Assembly: GCA_964462735.1 (NCBI GenBank)
Contig: CAYWYX010000001.1
Coordinates: 4,539-68,538, forward strand
DNA: 64,000 bases
Source of the DNA: an uncultured Acidobacteriota bacterium
Lineage (GTDB): Bacteria > Acidobacteriota > Terriglobia > Versatilivoradales > Versatilivoraceae
Reading direction: 5' to 3'
Below the pieces are notes generated by a model. It saw only the letters and a list, made by a program, of their open reading frames with translations. It had not been told where the DNA came from and did not search any database. Positions 40,371 to 49,101 of the stretch are shown here, one piece after another. The translations under genes were made by a program, and so were the position numbers. Each line of letters begins with the position of its first letter. Position 1 is the first letter of the stretch.

Positions 40371-40742
40371 ATGAGAAAACATATTGGTTTGCTATCATTG
40401 TTTTGGATAATTTTTTTGGCCTTTTTCTGTCCCTTTTTCTTGAAAGTTTATTCTCAGAAGAAAGTTTATCCTCGAAAAATCCAAGATTTTTCCTCTTCGA
40501 GTTCAAATTTTTCTAAACTCACTGCTGATCAAAGAGCGAGATTAGCAAACCAGAGATTGAATCATGTCTTTCAGAAGTTTAAAGATGACTCAAAAAAACT
40601 ATCTGAAGAATCTAGTCAATTGAACGAATTGATTCAAAAATCCAGTCCCCATACTTATTCCATTGTAATTGTAAAAAAAGCTGAGAAGGTAGAAAAACTT
40701 GCAAAAAGAATCAAAAAAAGAGCCAAGAGGGGTTTTCGTTAA
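40371..40742 (+). CDS. Hypothetical secreted basic protein
   Basis: Signal peptide, helical and Lys-rich C-terminus. Confidence 0.35.
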   Translation: MRKHIGLLSLFWIIFLAFFCPFFLKVYSQKKVYPRKIQDFSSSSSNFSKLTADQRARLANQRLNHVFQKFKDDSKKLSEESSQLNELIQKSSPHTYSIVIVKKAEKVEKLAKRIKKRAKRGFR

Positions 40743-40854
40743 TTTACTATCTCAGTATTCTCACATTTTTTAGGGAATTCTAGGAAATATTTCAAAGACT
40801 GTTTCATCAAAGTGCTTAACATTCAGAGGAATCTCAAGCGGTAAAGATTAATCT

Positions 40855-41940
40855 CTATTTCGTATGGTAATTCCATTCCATTGCAAGTTCAATTAATTTA
40901 TCAATTAATCGTGAATAAGGCATTCCGCTTGCTTCCCATAGTTTAGGATACATACTAATTGGAGTGAAACCTGGAATAGTGTTAATTTCATTTAGGTAAA
41001 TTTTGTTTGTTAATTTTTCTAAAAAAAAGTCAACCCTAGCCATCCCCCTACAGTCAATTAATTGGAAAGATCTTTTTGAAAAGTCCTGTATCTGTTTCAC
41101 TTTGTCTGATTCTAAAGGAGCTGGGATTACCAACTTGGCATTATCATTTAAGTACTTTGATTTATAGTCATAAAAGTCTGAATTTGTAATAATTTCACCT
41201 GGAATTGAGACCTGAGGATTTCTATTACCCAGTACTGAACATTCAATTTCTCTAGCTTCTACAGCCTTTTCGATTAAGATTTTATTATCAAACTGGGCTG
41301 CTAAGTCCAAGGCTCTTGAAAGACTTTCACTTCTTGTTACCCTACTAATGCCTATTGAAGAACCTAGGTTAGCAGGTTTAATGAAACAGGGATATCCGAA
41401 GGTTTTAGCAATTTTTTGTTCTATTTTTTTTTTATCCTGATTCCATTCCTCTAGAAACATAGAGATAAATGGTACTGTTGGTAGCTGTGCTTGCTGAAAT
41501 AAAGTTTTCGTCATGCATTTGTCGATGGCAATTGCAGAGCTAAGCACTCCAGCACCGACATAAGGTACATTAGCCATTTCAAATAGACCCTGGATTTTTC
41601 CATCTTCACCAAAAGGGCCATGGAGAACTGGAAAACAAACGTCGATTTTTATTTTTTGACCTACCCAATCTGAGGATGGATCGAATTGTATTAGATGCCC
41701 TGAACCTTCAGAATTGCTAGCTAGAAATACTGGTATTCCTTCATCAAGAATTTTTGACAACTGCCCTAATGAAAAATTTGGATCAGAGCGCCACTGACCT
41801 TCCTTTGTAATTCCAATAAGAACGAGGTTGTACTTGGTTTGATCAATAGCAGCAAGGATTGAAGCCGCTGACTGTAACGAGACTTCATGCTCACTAGATT
41901 TGCCTCCAAATAAAAGCCCTACTGTTGTTTTTTCCCTCAA
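40855..41940 (-). CDS. ddl: D-alanine--D-alanine ligase
   Basis: VGLLFGGKSSEHEVSL N-terminus. ATP-grasp blocks and the C-terminal EINTIPG. Confidence 0.85.
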   Translation of the reverse strand: MREKTTVGLLFGGKSSEHEVSLQSAASILAAIDQTKYNLVLIGITKEGQWRSDPNFSLGQLSKILDEGIPVFLASNSEGSGHLIQFDPSSDWVGQKIKIDVCFPVLHGPFGEDGKIQGLFEMANVPYVGAGVLSSAIAIDKCMTKTLFQQAQLPTVPFISMFLEEWNQDKKKIEQKIAKTFGYPCFIKPANLGSSIGISRVTRSESLSRALDLAAQFDNKILIEKAVEAREIECSVLGNRNPQVSIPGEIITNSDFYDYKSKYLNDNAKLVIPAPLESDKVKQIQDFSKRSFQLIDCRGMARVDFFLEKLTNKIYLNEINTIPGFTPISMYPKLWEASGMPYSRLIDKLIELAMEWNYHTK

Positions 41941-42087
41941 CTGTTTGTTCCTCCATCAAATCTAGCAGATATACTACAAAATCTTATTTATTGTACATTC
42001 CTTTTTGCTTTTCAGTAATGAAGTGTTTTTCCTTCTAATCAAGAGTTTTTCTCTAGCTATTTAGGGAAAACTTTTTAACACTTAGTT

Positions 42088-43404
42088 TTAGGGTTTTATA
42101 CGATAAATAGTTCTGGGAAATGGAATAGCTTCCCTAACATGTTCAATACCACAGATCCAGGCTACCACTCGCTCAAGTCCCATACCAAAGCCAGAATGAG
42201 AGAAAGTCCCGTATCTACGAAGATCTAGGTACCATTGAAAAGTCTCAATAGGTAGTTGGTGCTTTTCAATGCGTTGGTAAAGGAGTTCTAGGTTTGTTGT
42301 ACGTTGGCCACCTCCGATGATTTCACCATAACCTTCAGGAGCTAGAACATCAACACAAAGGGCTAATTCAGGAGAAATTGGGTCAGGTTCCATGTAGAAA
42401 GCCTTAGTTTCTATTGGATAACGATGAACTATCAGAGGTTGGTTGAACTGTTGAGCAAGAACGGTTTCATCTGTTCCACTGAGATCCTGTCCCCACACAA
42501 CCCTTGAACCTAGGGACTGTAGAGTTTTTATTGCTTCTTCGTACGTTATTCTTGGAAAGGGAGTCCTAATTCCTTCTAAATATTCCATGTTTCGCTGTAG
42601 GGTTTTTAATTCAAGACGGCAGTGTTGGGTAACGTGTTTAATTATGTTGATAATCAAATCTTCTGCTAAAATCAAAATGTCATCTAACGTGGCGTAGGCT
42701 ACTTCTGGTTCTACCATCCAAAATTCAGTAAGATGACGCCTTGTTTTAGATTTTTCAGCACGAAAAGTGGGGCCAAAGGAATAAACTTTTCCAAAAGCAG
42801 CAGCAGCAGCTTCATTATAAAGCTGTCCAGATTGAGTTAAATAAGCCTTTTCATCAAAATAATCCACCTCAAATAAATTAGTAGTTCCTTCGCAGGCAGC
42901 TGGAGTAAAGATAGGTGTGTCAATTAAGGTGAAATCTTTTTTGTCAAAGAACTCTCGAATAGACCGAATAATCTGGTGTCTGATTCGTAAAATAGCATGC
43001 TGTCGAGATGATCGCAGCCAAAGGTGACGGTGATCTAATAGGAATTCAATGCCGTGTTCCTTAGGACTAATCGGAAAGGGTTTTTTGGGATCAACGTGCT
43101 GGATAGTTTTTAGGTCAGTGACTTCCATTTCATAACCCCCAGGTGCTTTTTTCCCCTCTGGGACTTTTTGGATAGTCCCGGTAATCTCGATGGAAGATTC
43201 CTGAGTTAGCTCAGTAACTCCTTGAAAAATAGAAGTTGAAACTGAATCTCTCAATACTATTGCTTGTAATAATCCAGTCCCGTCTCGAACAATCAGAAAA
43301 ACTATTCTTCCACTGGATCGGTGGTGGTAAAGCCAACCGTGGATTGTTACAGATTTTCCATTAAAGTTTTTGACTTGATTAATACATATACTAGGCATTG
43401 CCAT
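42088..43404 (-). CDS. asnS: Class IIb aminoacyl-tRNA synthetase, most likely asparagine--tRNA ligase (type-2 AspRS not excluded)
   Basis: OB-fold N-domain ([26 protein letters not shown]). Class II motifs [21 protein letters not shown] and GFGMGLERV. 438 aa. Confidence 0.7.
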   Translation of the reverse strand: MAMPSICINQVKNFNGKSVTIHGWLYHHRSSGRIVFLIVRDGTGLLQAIVLRDSVSTSIFQGVTELTQESSIEITGTIQKVPEGKKAPGGYEMEVTDLKTIQHVDPKKPFPISPKEHGIEFLLDHRHLWLRSSRQHAILRIRHQIIRSIREFFDKKDFTLIDTPIFTPAACEGTTNLFEVDYFDEKAYLTQSGQLYNEAAAAAFGKVYSFGPTFRAEKSKTRRHLTEFWMVEPEVAYATLDDILILAEDLIINIIKHVTQHCRLELKTLQRNMEYLEGIRTPFPRITYEEAIKTLQSLGSRVVWGQDLSGTDETVLAQQFNQPLIVHRYPIETKAFYMEPDPISPELALCVDVLAPEGYGEIIGGGQRTTNLELLYQRIEKHQLPIETFQWYLDLRRYGTFSHSGFGMGLERVVAWICGIEHVREAIPFPRTIYRIKP

Positions 43405-43733
43405 CTCCAGATTTATTAAATTTTGAATCTAATTTTTTAGGTGTTTTCTATGAATATCTTCTAGTTTTTTTAACTGATTGAGACATTAAGGAAAGATGCT
43501 AGAGCTCTCCGATGTTTTTAGTGAGATCCAATAGCCTGAATTTTGACCAATTAACTAGAAGAATGACTAGTTAGCGGTTTAACTATAATCAATAATTACT
43601 AGGAAGAAAGGAGATTTGTAGAGTCGCAGCATCTATGTTAACCTCCTAATAATAGCACTTTTATTGCTATCATTAGGACTAATTTTAACTAGCTAATTTT
43701 CAAGCATTCTTCTACCTAACGAGGTTGTAACTA

Positions 43734-44018
43734 TTGAATAGGAAGAATCGGTGGCGGCTTCCTTCAAAAAAATCACAGAATGACATTGATAAGGTTATTC
43801 TGCGCTCCAACCAAGTTGAAGAAGAAACTTTTGCTGAAACAACTTATCTTAAAGGCCTAATCCGAGAAAAGAGCCAGGTTATAGTTAAATTACTTGATAA
43901 TCAGGAAATAAAAGGACGAATAGAATGCTATGACAAAAACTTTATTCGAATGACCTGTAAACCATTACCAAATCTGTTTATTTATAAAAAACAGATCAAA
44001 TATATTTTGGAAGCTTGA
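43734..44018 (+). CDS. hfq: Hfq-like Sm-fold RNA chaperone with an ~30-aa N-terminal extension
   Basis: Sm1/Sm2-like core ETFAETTYLKGLIREKSQVIVKLLDNQEIKGRIECYDKNFIRM...IYKKQIKYI. TTG start; the true start is uncertain. Confidence 0.55.
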   Translation: MNRKNRWRLPSKKSQNDIDKVILRSNQVEEETFAETTYLKGLIREKSQVIVKLLDNQEIKGRIECYDKNFIRMTCKPLPNLFIYKKQIKYILEA

Positions 44019-44252
44019 ATTTGAGACTTGAATAAATCTATCTATTGAGTTTAATTAGTATTTTCTTTCTATTTCTTGATGTTACAAAGAATATAAACCC
44101 AAATCGTTACACTAAGACTTTCTGAGTCAAGACGAAATTAGCATTGAAGCGTTAATGAATTTTTTGTTTATCTTTTTTGATCCATCTTAATGATTTTTGC
44201 ATTAAAAAGGGGAACTACTAAACAAAGCAGAGCTACTTTTGGATGGAGTATT

Positions 44253-44633
44253 CTACTCAAAATCAGCACTGAAACTTTTTTTCTTTAGTATATTGGCTAG
44301 TAGGTGGGAAAAGGTTGAACGTGGGATGATCCACGTTGCTCCTGCTTCGTGTGCTTTTTTTTGTAGGTCTGTCTGGACATGAGAGTAATAGGCTAAAATT
44401 GGTATCTCAGACGTAGCAGCCAAGGTTTTTAGTTGCCTAATCGTTTCTAGTGACTGGGTATGTCGACCATTAAGATCAATAATTATCAATTTAGGTTTCT
44501 CTTTTTTAGCATTTTGCGTTAAAGCTTCTTGAGTCGCTAAAATTCGTATAGGTACGCTACAAAAATTTGCAGTCGAAGAGATTTTACTTGAGAAAAAAAG
44601 ATCATCGGTCAAGGCAAGTACTTGAGTGGCCAT
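44253..44633 (-). CDS. Single-domain receiver (REC)-like protein, probably a pseudo-receiver
   Basis: DD pair (LTDDLFF) and a central Asp (LIIIDLNG), but the conserved Lys/Thr positions are atypical. Confidence 0.4.
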   Translation of the reverse strand: MATQVLALTDDLFFSSKISSTANFCSVPIRILATQEALTQNAKKEKPKLIIIDLNGRHTQSLETIRQLKTLAATSEIPILAYYSHVQTDLQKKAHEAGATWIIPRSTFSHLLANILKKKSFSADFE

Positions 44634-44732
44634 AGTGCTCTCTTGAATTTATGTGGTACAGATTGGTTGGTTATTCATTAATTTTAAAGGTTTCTATTGG
44701 TCAGAGAAATTATTTGATAAACTGAATCTAGA

Positions 44733-45821
44733 TTAAGCGCTATGACGAAAATTTATGGTGTCGCCATCTTGAACTGTATAATTTTTCCCCTCGAGTTTCA
44801 TTAACCCTTTTTGGCGAGCAACAAAAAGAGACCTTGTTTCTAAAAGAACATTCCAGCGAATTACTTCAGCCCGGATAAAACACCGTTCTATGTCAGAGTG
44901 AATAGTACCCGCAGCCTTTAAAGCAGAAGTGCTGTGTTGAATTGTCCAAGCACGACATTCATCCTCACCCACAGTAAAAAAGGAAATCATTCCAAGTAAC
45001 TGATAAGTTTTTTTGATTATTCGGATCAAGCCAGATTCTGATAGTCCAAAATTTGACAAAAAAGCGGTAACCTCCTGGTCAGGGAGTTCAGTCATTTCCG
45101 CTTCTAATTCCCCACAAACACCTGATATTTCAACATTTGCTTGCTCGGTAATTTCTTGGAGTTGGTAAGTTTCATTTAGGTGATTTAGTTGAGAGGACGA
45201 TTCATCCGGTAAATTTAAAACATGTAGGATAGGTTTTTGAGAGAGGAAGGTGAACCCTCGTAACCTTTTTTGCTCCAGTTGAGTAAAATCAAGAGATCGA
45301 AGCGGCTTTTCTTCCTCTAACCAAACACGACATTTCTGGAGTAAAGTTTCTTCCATTTGTAGATCTGGATTCTTTAACTTTTTTAATTCTTTGCCTAATT
45401 TTTCCAATCGTTTTTCGGTTATAGACAGATCACATAGAATCAACTCTAACTCAAAATCAGTTATTTCATTCCTAAGAAATTTGCTTACGTAATTAGCTGC
45501 AGACAAATCAATGTTAAAAGTCCCAATAACATGGATCAAAACATCGACATTTCTAAGATTTTCAAGATCCAGATCTTGGTTCTTTTTTATACCTTTATTA
45601 ATTGCTGGAATGTCAATATATTCAACTGTGGCATAGGTTGTCTTTTTGGGTTTAAAAAGAGTTGAAAGTTCATCAAGACGCCGGTCAGGGACAGAGGCAA
45701 TCCCGATTGGTGCTTTATCTTTTTTTCTAGAAAATTTTGAGGAGCTTATGTCTGTCTTGGTTAGAATTTTGAATAATGTCGTTTTACCTACTCCTGAAAA
45801 ACCAATAATGCCTGCTTTCAA
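44733..45821 (-). CDS. ychF: Ribosome-binding ATPase YchF (Obg-family GTPase fold with C-terminal TGS domain)
   Basis: G1 GFSGVGKTTLF. 362 aa. C-terminal TGS-like YTVQDGDTINFRHS. Confidence 0.85.
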   Translation of the reverse strand: MKAGIIGFSGVGKTTLFKILTKTDISSSKFSRKKDKAPIGIASVPDRRLDELSTLFKPKKTTYATVEYIDIPAINKGIKKNQDLDLENLRNVDVLIHVIGTFNIDLSAANYVSKFLRNEITDFELELILCDLSITEKRLEKLGKELKKLKNPDLQMEETLLQKCRVWLEEEKPLRSLDFTQLEQKRLRGFTFLSQKPILHVLNLPDESSSQLNHLNETYQLQEITEQANVEISGVCGELEAEMTELPDQEVTAFLSNFGLSESGLIRIIKKTYQLLGMISFFTVGEDECRAWTIQHSTSALKAAGTIHSDIERCFIRAEVIRWNVLLETRSLFVARQKGLMKLEGKNYTVQDGDTINFRHSA

Positions 45822-46025
45822 TAGTTTACTCCTTTCACCCTGAACAAAACTGGGAAGAAAATCACGATAAGATTCTACCTTTTGAGAACATTATAGTTAA
45901 TGTTGATTTCTCCAGACCAATTGTTTAGCTTGAAGTTTAATTGAACTTAGGTGTGTTAACAAATTAAAGACACATAAAAAGTTTTTGTTGTACGTGAAAA
46001 AGCTACCTAGACGAAATAGTGCAAT

Positions 46026-46862
46026 TTACACTATCCCAAAGGTTAATATTTTAAGTAGTTTTCTAAGAAAGGAAATAACCTTTCCTTTCTGGGAGAATTT
46101 GCCAGAATTTTGAACTGCAGAAGACAGCTTTTCACTGTCAATGGACTGTATTGTATTCTTACAGACACAATTTTCCGGTCCTCTAAAAGAAGGGGTTTCA
46201 CCAGGCCGAATGGTAATTCCGGAACCAGCGGATATGTCAAACATACTAGATTGATCCTGCGTTTCCACAACAAGTGGTCCCTTTTCAGATGTTATACAGA
46301 TTGTTCCATCCTGGTCTACTTGTATTCTTCCCTTGTAGTGAGTTCTAGAATCTAAATTGGGTTTGATCTTGATGAGGAAATCAGGGGTAAAAAATATGTC
46401 TCCTGCCGAGTTTGGAAGGTCAAAGATAATAGAACCATGCTGGAGAGTAAAAAGATAAGGAGAGTGAATTTCTTGAACTGTTAAATTAGATTCTTCACAG
46501 AGTTCGATGCTTCCTCCCATTAATAGTTCTAGGGTTGCGGTGCCATTCTGAAGATAGATGCTTGTGCCATTATAGATGATGGGGAGTTCAGATTGTCCAT
46601 GAGTTCCCCATGCTACATTTCCATCGATTCGAAGTTTTCCATTAAAGCTTAAGATTCCAACTGCAGATTGGGTAGGTTCTCGAGTTTGGGAGTACCCTTG
46701 TATTAAAGAATTTGCAGCTAGAATTAATGAAAACAAACCAATGGCTAGTACTCCAAATATTCTAAAACCATTGGTTGGGATTTTTAGAAAAGGAGTCAAT
46801 ACCCTCATGAATGTCAACCTTGCCTTAAATAAAAGATTCATTGGTTTCACAAAATCTATCAA
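46026..46862 (-). CDS. Hypothetical secreted/membrane-anchored protein
   Basis: N-terminal TM (IFGVLAIGLFSLILAANSL). Beta-rich; no recognised motif. Confidence 0.4.
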   Translation of the reverse strand: MIDFVKPMNLLFKARLTFMRVLTPFLKIPTNGFRIFGVLAIGLFSLILAANSLIQGYSQTREPTQSAVGILSFNGKLRIDGNVAWGTHGQSELPIIYNGTSIYLQNGTATLELLMGGSIELCEESNLTVQEIHSPYLFTLQHGSIIFDLPNSAGDIFFTPDFLIKIKPNLDSRTHYKGRIQVDQDGTICITSEKGPLVVETQDQSSMFDISAGSGITIRPGETPSFRGPENCVCKNTIQSIDSEKLSSAVQNSGKFSQKGKVISFLRKLLKILTFGIV

Positions 46863-46922
46863 ATTATCTATTCCGACTTAGCTCATAAAATATCTTTCAG
46901 TTCATATTTATAAAGAAAGTAC

Positions 46923-46951
46923 TTGACTAAAATAAAAGAATCGGTAGACTT
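46923..46951 (+). promoter_or_regulatory. Putative Pmra (dcw) sigma70 promoter
   Basis: TTGACT-17 nt-TAGACT, about 95 nt upstream of the mraZ ATG. Confidence 0.35.
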
Positions 46952-46997
46952 TTGTGGACTAAAGTGGAGTAAAATAGATAAAAGTGGCCGAAAGTGT
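46951..46997 (+). promoter_or_regulatory. Putative MraZ operator: phased array of [A/T]AAGTG[G/T] boxes
   Basis: TTTGTGG (46951), AAAGTGG (46961), AAAGTGG (46981), AAAGTGT (46991) sit on a 10-bp register. A fifth TAAGTGG lies at 47023. Confidence 0.45.
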
Positions 46998-47045
46998 TTT
47001 TTATAGTAGTTATTCAGCACTGTAAGTGGATTTTGGAGAGTTTTC

Positions 47046-47498
47046 ATGTTGCAACTAAGGGGTAGCTTGACAGTTAAGCTCGATGAAAAAGGTCGAATTA
47101 AGCTGCCATCAGGTTTTCGTTCAGAAATTAGTCAGCAACATGGAAATGAATTCTATATTACCAGTCTTACAGGGGAATGTGTTCGACTTTATCCTTTCGC
47201 AGTATGGGATGAGCTTGAGAAAAAAATATCCGCTCTTCCTTCAAAAAAACCGGTAGTTAAGAAGTTTCTTAGAGCAACTAATTATTTCGGTCAAAAGAGT
47301 TCAATGGATAGTCAGGGACGCATCCTTATTCCCCAACAGCTCAGAGAATCTGCAGTCCTCAAAGACGATGTTAGGGTTGTTGGTTCAATGGATTATTTAG
47401 AGATCTGGCAAGCCCAGACCCTTAAGCAGGCAGTCGAGAACAACCCTTGGAATGAGGATGATGACTCGGCATTAGCTGATATTGGAATTACGGGATAA
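47046..47498 (+). CDS. mraZ: Transcriptional regulator MraZ
   Basis: Tandem SpoVT/AbrB-like halves (LDEKGRIKLP ... DSQGRILIP). First gene of the dcw cluster. Confidence 0.9.
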   Translation: MLQLRGSLTVKLDEKGRIKLPSGFRSEISQQHGNEFYITSLTGECVRLYPFAVWDELEKKISALPSKKPVVKKFLRATNYFGQKSSMDSQGRILIPQQLRESAVLKDDVRVVGSMDYLEIWQAQTLKQAVENNPWNEDDDSALADIGITG

Positions 47499-47536
47499 TT
47501 CTGACCCGCTCTTTAAACGGTTTTATTCTCCTCTAA

Positions 47537-48499
47537 ATGACTTTGATCAGTCAAGAAAAAGGAAGCGCTAAAGTTACAGATAGTATTCACCAGTCCGTGT
47601 TGGTAGAGCAAGTTATGGAATATCTTCAACCCCAAAAGTTAGGTTCTTATATTGATGCAACCGTAGGATTAGGGGGCCATGCCAAGACCATATTAGATCA
47701 ATCTAGCCCAACTGGGAAGATACTAGCAATTGACCAAGATCAGGAGGCTTTAAAACAGAGTGTTCAAAGACTTTCAGGGTATGAAAAACGGATGATCTTT
47801 CATCACGGTAATTTTTCGGAACTAAAAACCATAGCAACTCTTAATGGTTTTGAATCCTGTGACGGTATTTTGGCGGATCTTGGAGTTTCATCTATGCAAT
47901 TATCCGAAGCTTCACGAGGCTTTAGCTTTCAAAATGAGGGTCCACTTGATATGAGGATGGATTGCAGTTCCAGATTAAAGGCAAACGAAGTAGTAAATTA
48001 TTATACAGAAAATGAATTGGCCTCACTCATTTATAAATATGGAGAAGAAACTCATTCTCGCCGAATAGCTAGAGAAATAGTAAAAGCTCGTCCACTGAAT
48101 AGCACCAAAGGTTTAGCTAATACAGTGGTAAGGGCAATTCAAGGAAAAAAGAGAGGGAGAATTCATCCAGCCACTCAAACTTTTCAAGCAATTAGGATCA
48201 TTGTTAACGATGAATTAAATGTCTTGAAGAAATTTCTTAAGAATGCGGTCGAACTTTTAAAACCAGGTGGCAGACTGGCAGTTATTAGTTTTCACTCGTT
48301 AGAGGATCGTATTGTAAAAACTACATTTAAGACTATGGCGGGTCATTGTACTTGTCCTCCTAAGTTACCAGAGTGCCTCTGCGGTCAGGTGAAAATAGTT
48401 AAGTTATTAACCCGAAAGCCAGTTATCGCAAAGGACATCGAAAAGAATAAAAATCCTAGATCCAGAAGTGCCAAATTGAGGGTTGCTGAGAGGTTATAG
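47537..48499 (+). CDS. rsmH: 16S rRNA (cytosine1402-N4)-methyltransferase RsmH (MraW)
   Basis: H.SVL..E....L......YIDATVGLGGH, DLGVSS, and SFHSLEDR. Confidence 0.9.
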   Translation: MTLISQEKGSAKVTDSIHQSVLVEQVMEYLQPQKLGSYIDATVGLGGHAKTILDQSSPTGKILAIDQDQEALKQSVQRLSGYEKRMIFHHGNFSELKTIATLNGFESCDGILADLGVSSMQLSEASRGFSFQNEGPLDMRMDCSSRLKANEVVNYYTENELASLIYKYGEETHSRRIAREIVKARPLNSTKGLANTVVRAIQGKKRGRIHPATQTFQAIRIIVNDELNVLKKFLKNAVELLKPGGRLAVISFHSLEDRIVKTTFKTMAGHCTCPPKLPECLCGQVKIVKLLTRKPVIAKDIEKNKNPRSRSAKLRVAERL

Positions 48500-48522
48500 T
48501 TAGCTGTCTTAGCAATAGTTAA

Positions 48523-48978
48523 TTGACTTTATTAACTCGAGGAGAAAACGTCATGACTGAAATTCATATTGTCAAGCATATTGACAATTCACGACTGGTC
48601 AAGGAACTAGATTACCAGCAGACAAAAGAATGTCTTTTGCTAATGGTCTTGGGGGTATTGTGTTTGTTGACCCTCCTTTTCCTAGCATGGCAACAGTTCG
48701 AGGTTGTTCGTCGAGGTTATGAACACGAGGATTTACGTATGGAATTAAATCTTCTAACAGAGGCTAACCATATCTACAAAGTAGAATGTGCACAGTTAAA
48801 AGAACCAGAACGAATTGAAATTTATGCTCGGAAGCACTTGGGCCTACAATTTCCTTCTTATCAACAAGTTCTGATTTTTGAAGAACCGGTTTCTACTAAG
48901 TCTCGTGAAGTTCTCTTGGCCAGCGGAGAAAAGGATGGATTTGATTCGGGTCTAACCAATTTTGGAGCAGTCCAATAA
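48523..48978 (+). CDS. ftsL: Cell division protein FtsL-like (bitopic, coiled coil)
   Basis: Position between rsmH and ftsI. Single TM (LLLMVLGVLCLLTLLFLAW) followed by a helical region. The true start may be the internal Met. Confidence 0.6.
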   Translation: MTLLTRGENVMTEIHIVKHIDNSRLVKELDYQQTKECLLLMVLGVLCLLTLLFLAWQQFEVVRRGYEHEDLRMELNLLTEANHIYKVECAQLKEPERIEIYARKHLGLQFPSYQQVLIFEEPVSTKSREVLLASGEKDGFDSGLTNFGAVQ

Positions 48979-49101
48979 AGGGGTTTCATTCTATTACAAA
49001 TTTCTTAAGGTTTTAAGTTGAGATTTAGTTGGAGTTTAAAGTACGCAGTCATTGCTTTAGAAGTCTACAGATGCATTCTCTAAACCTGATACGGGTGGCT
49101 T

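Noticed and set aside
43405-43733. Possible T-box leader upstream of asnS
   Set aside because: The conserved T-box sequence (AANNNGGGTGGNACCGCG, or its complement on the plus strand) is not present.
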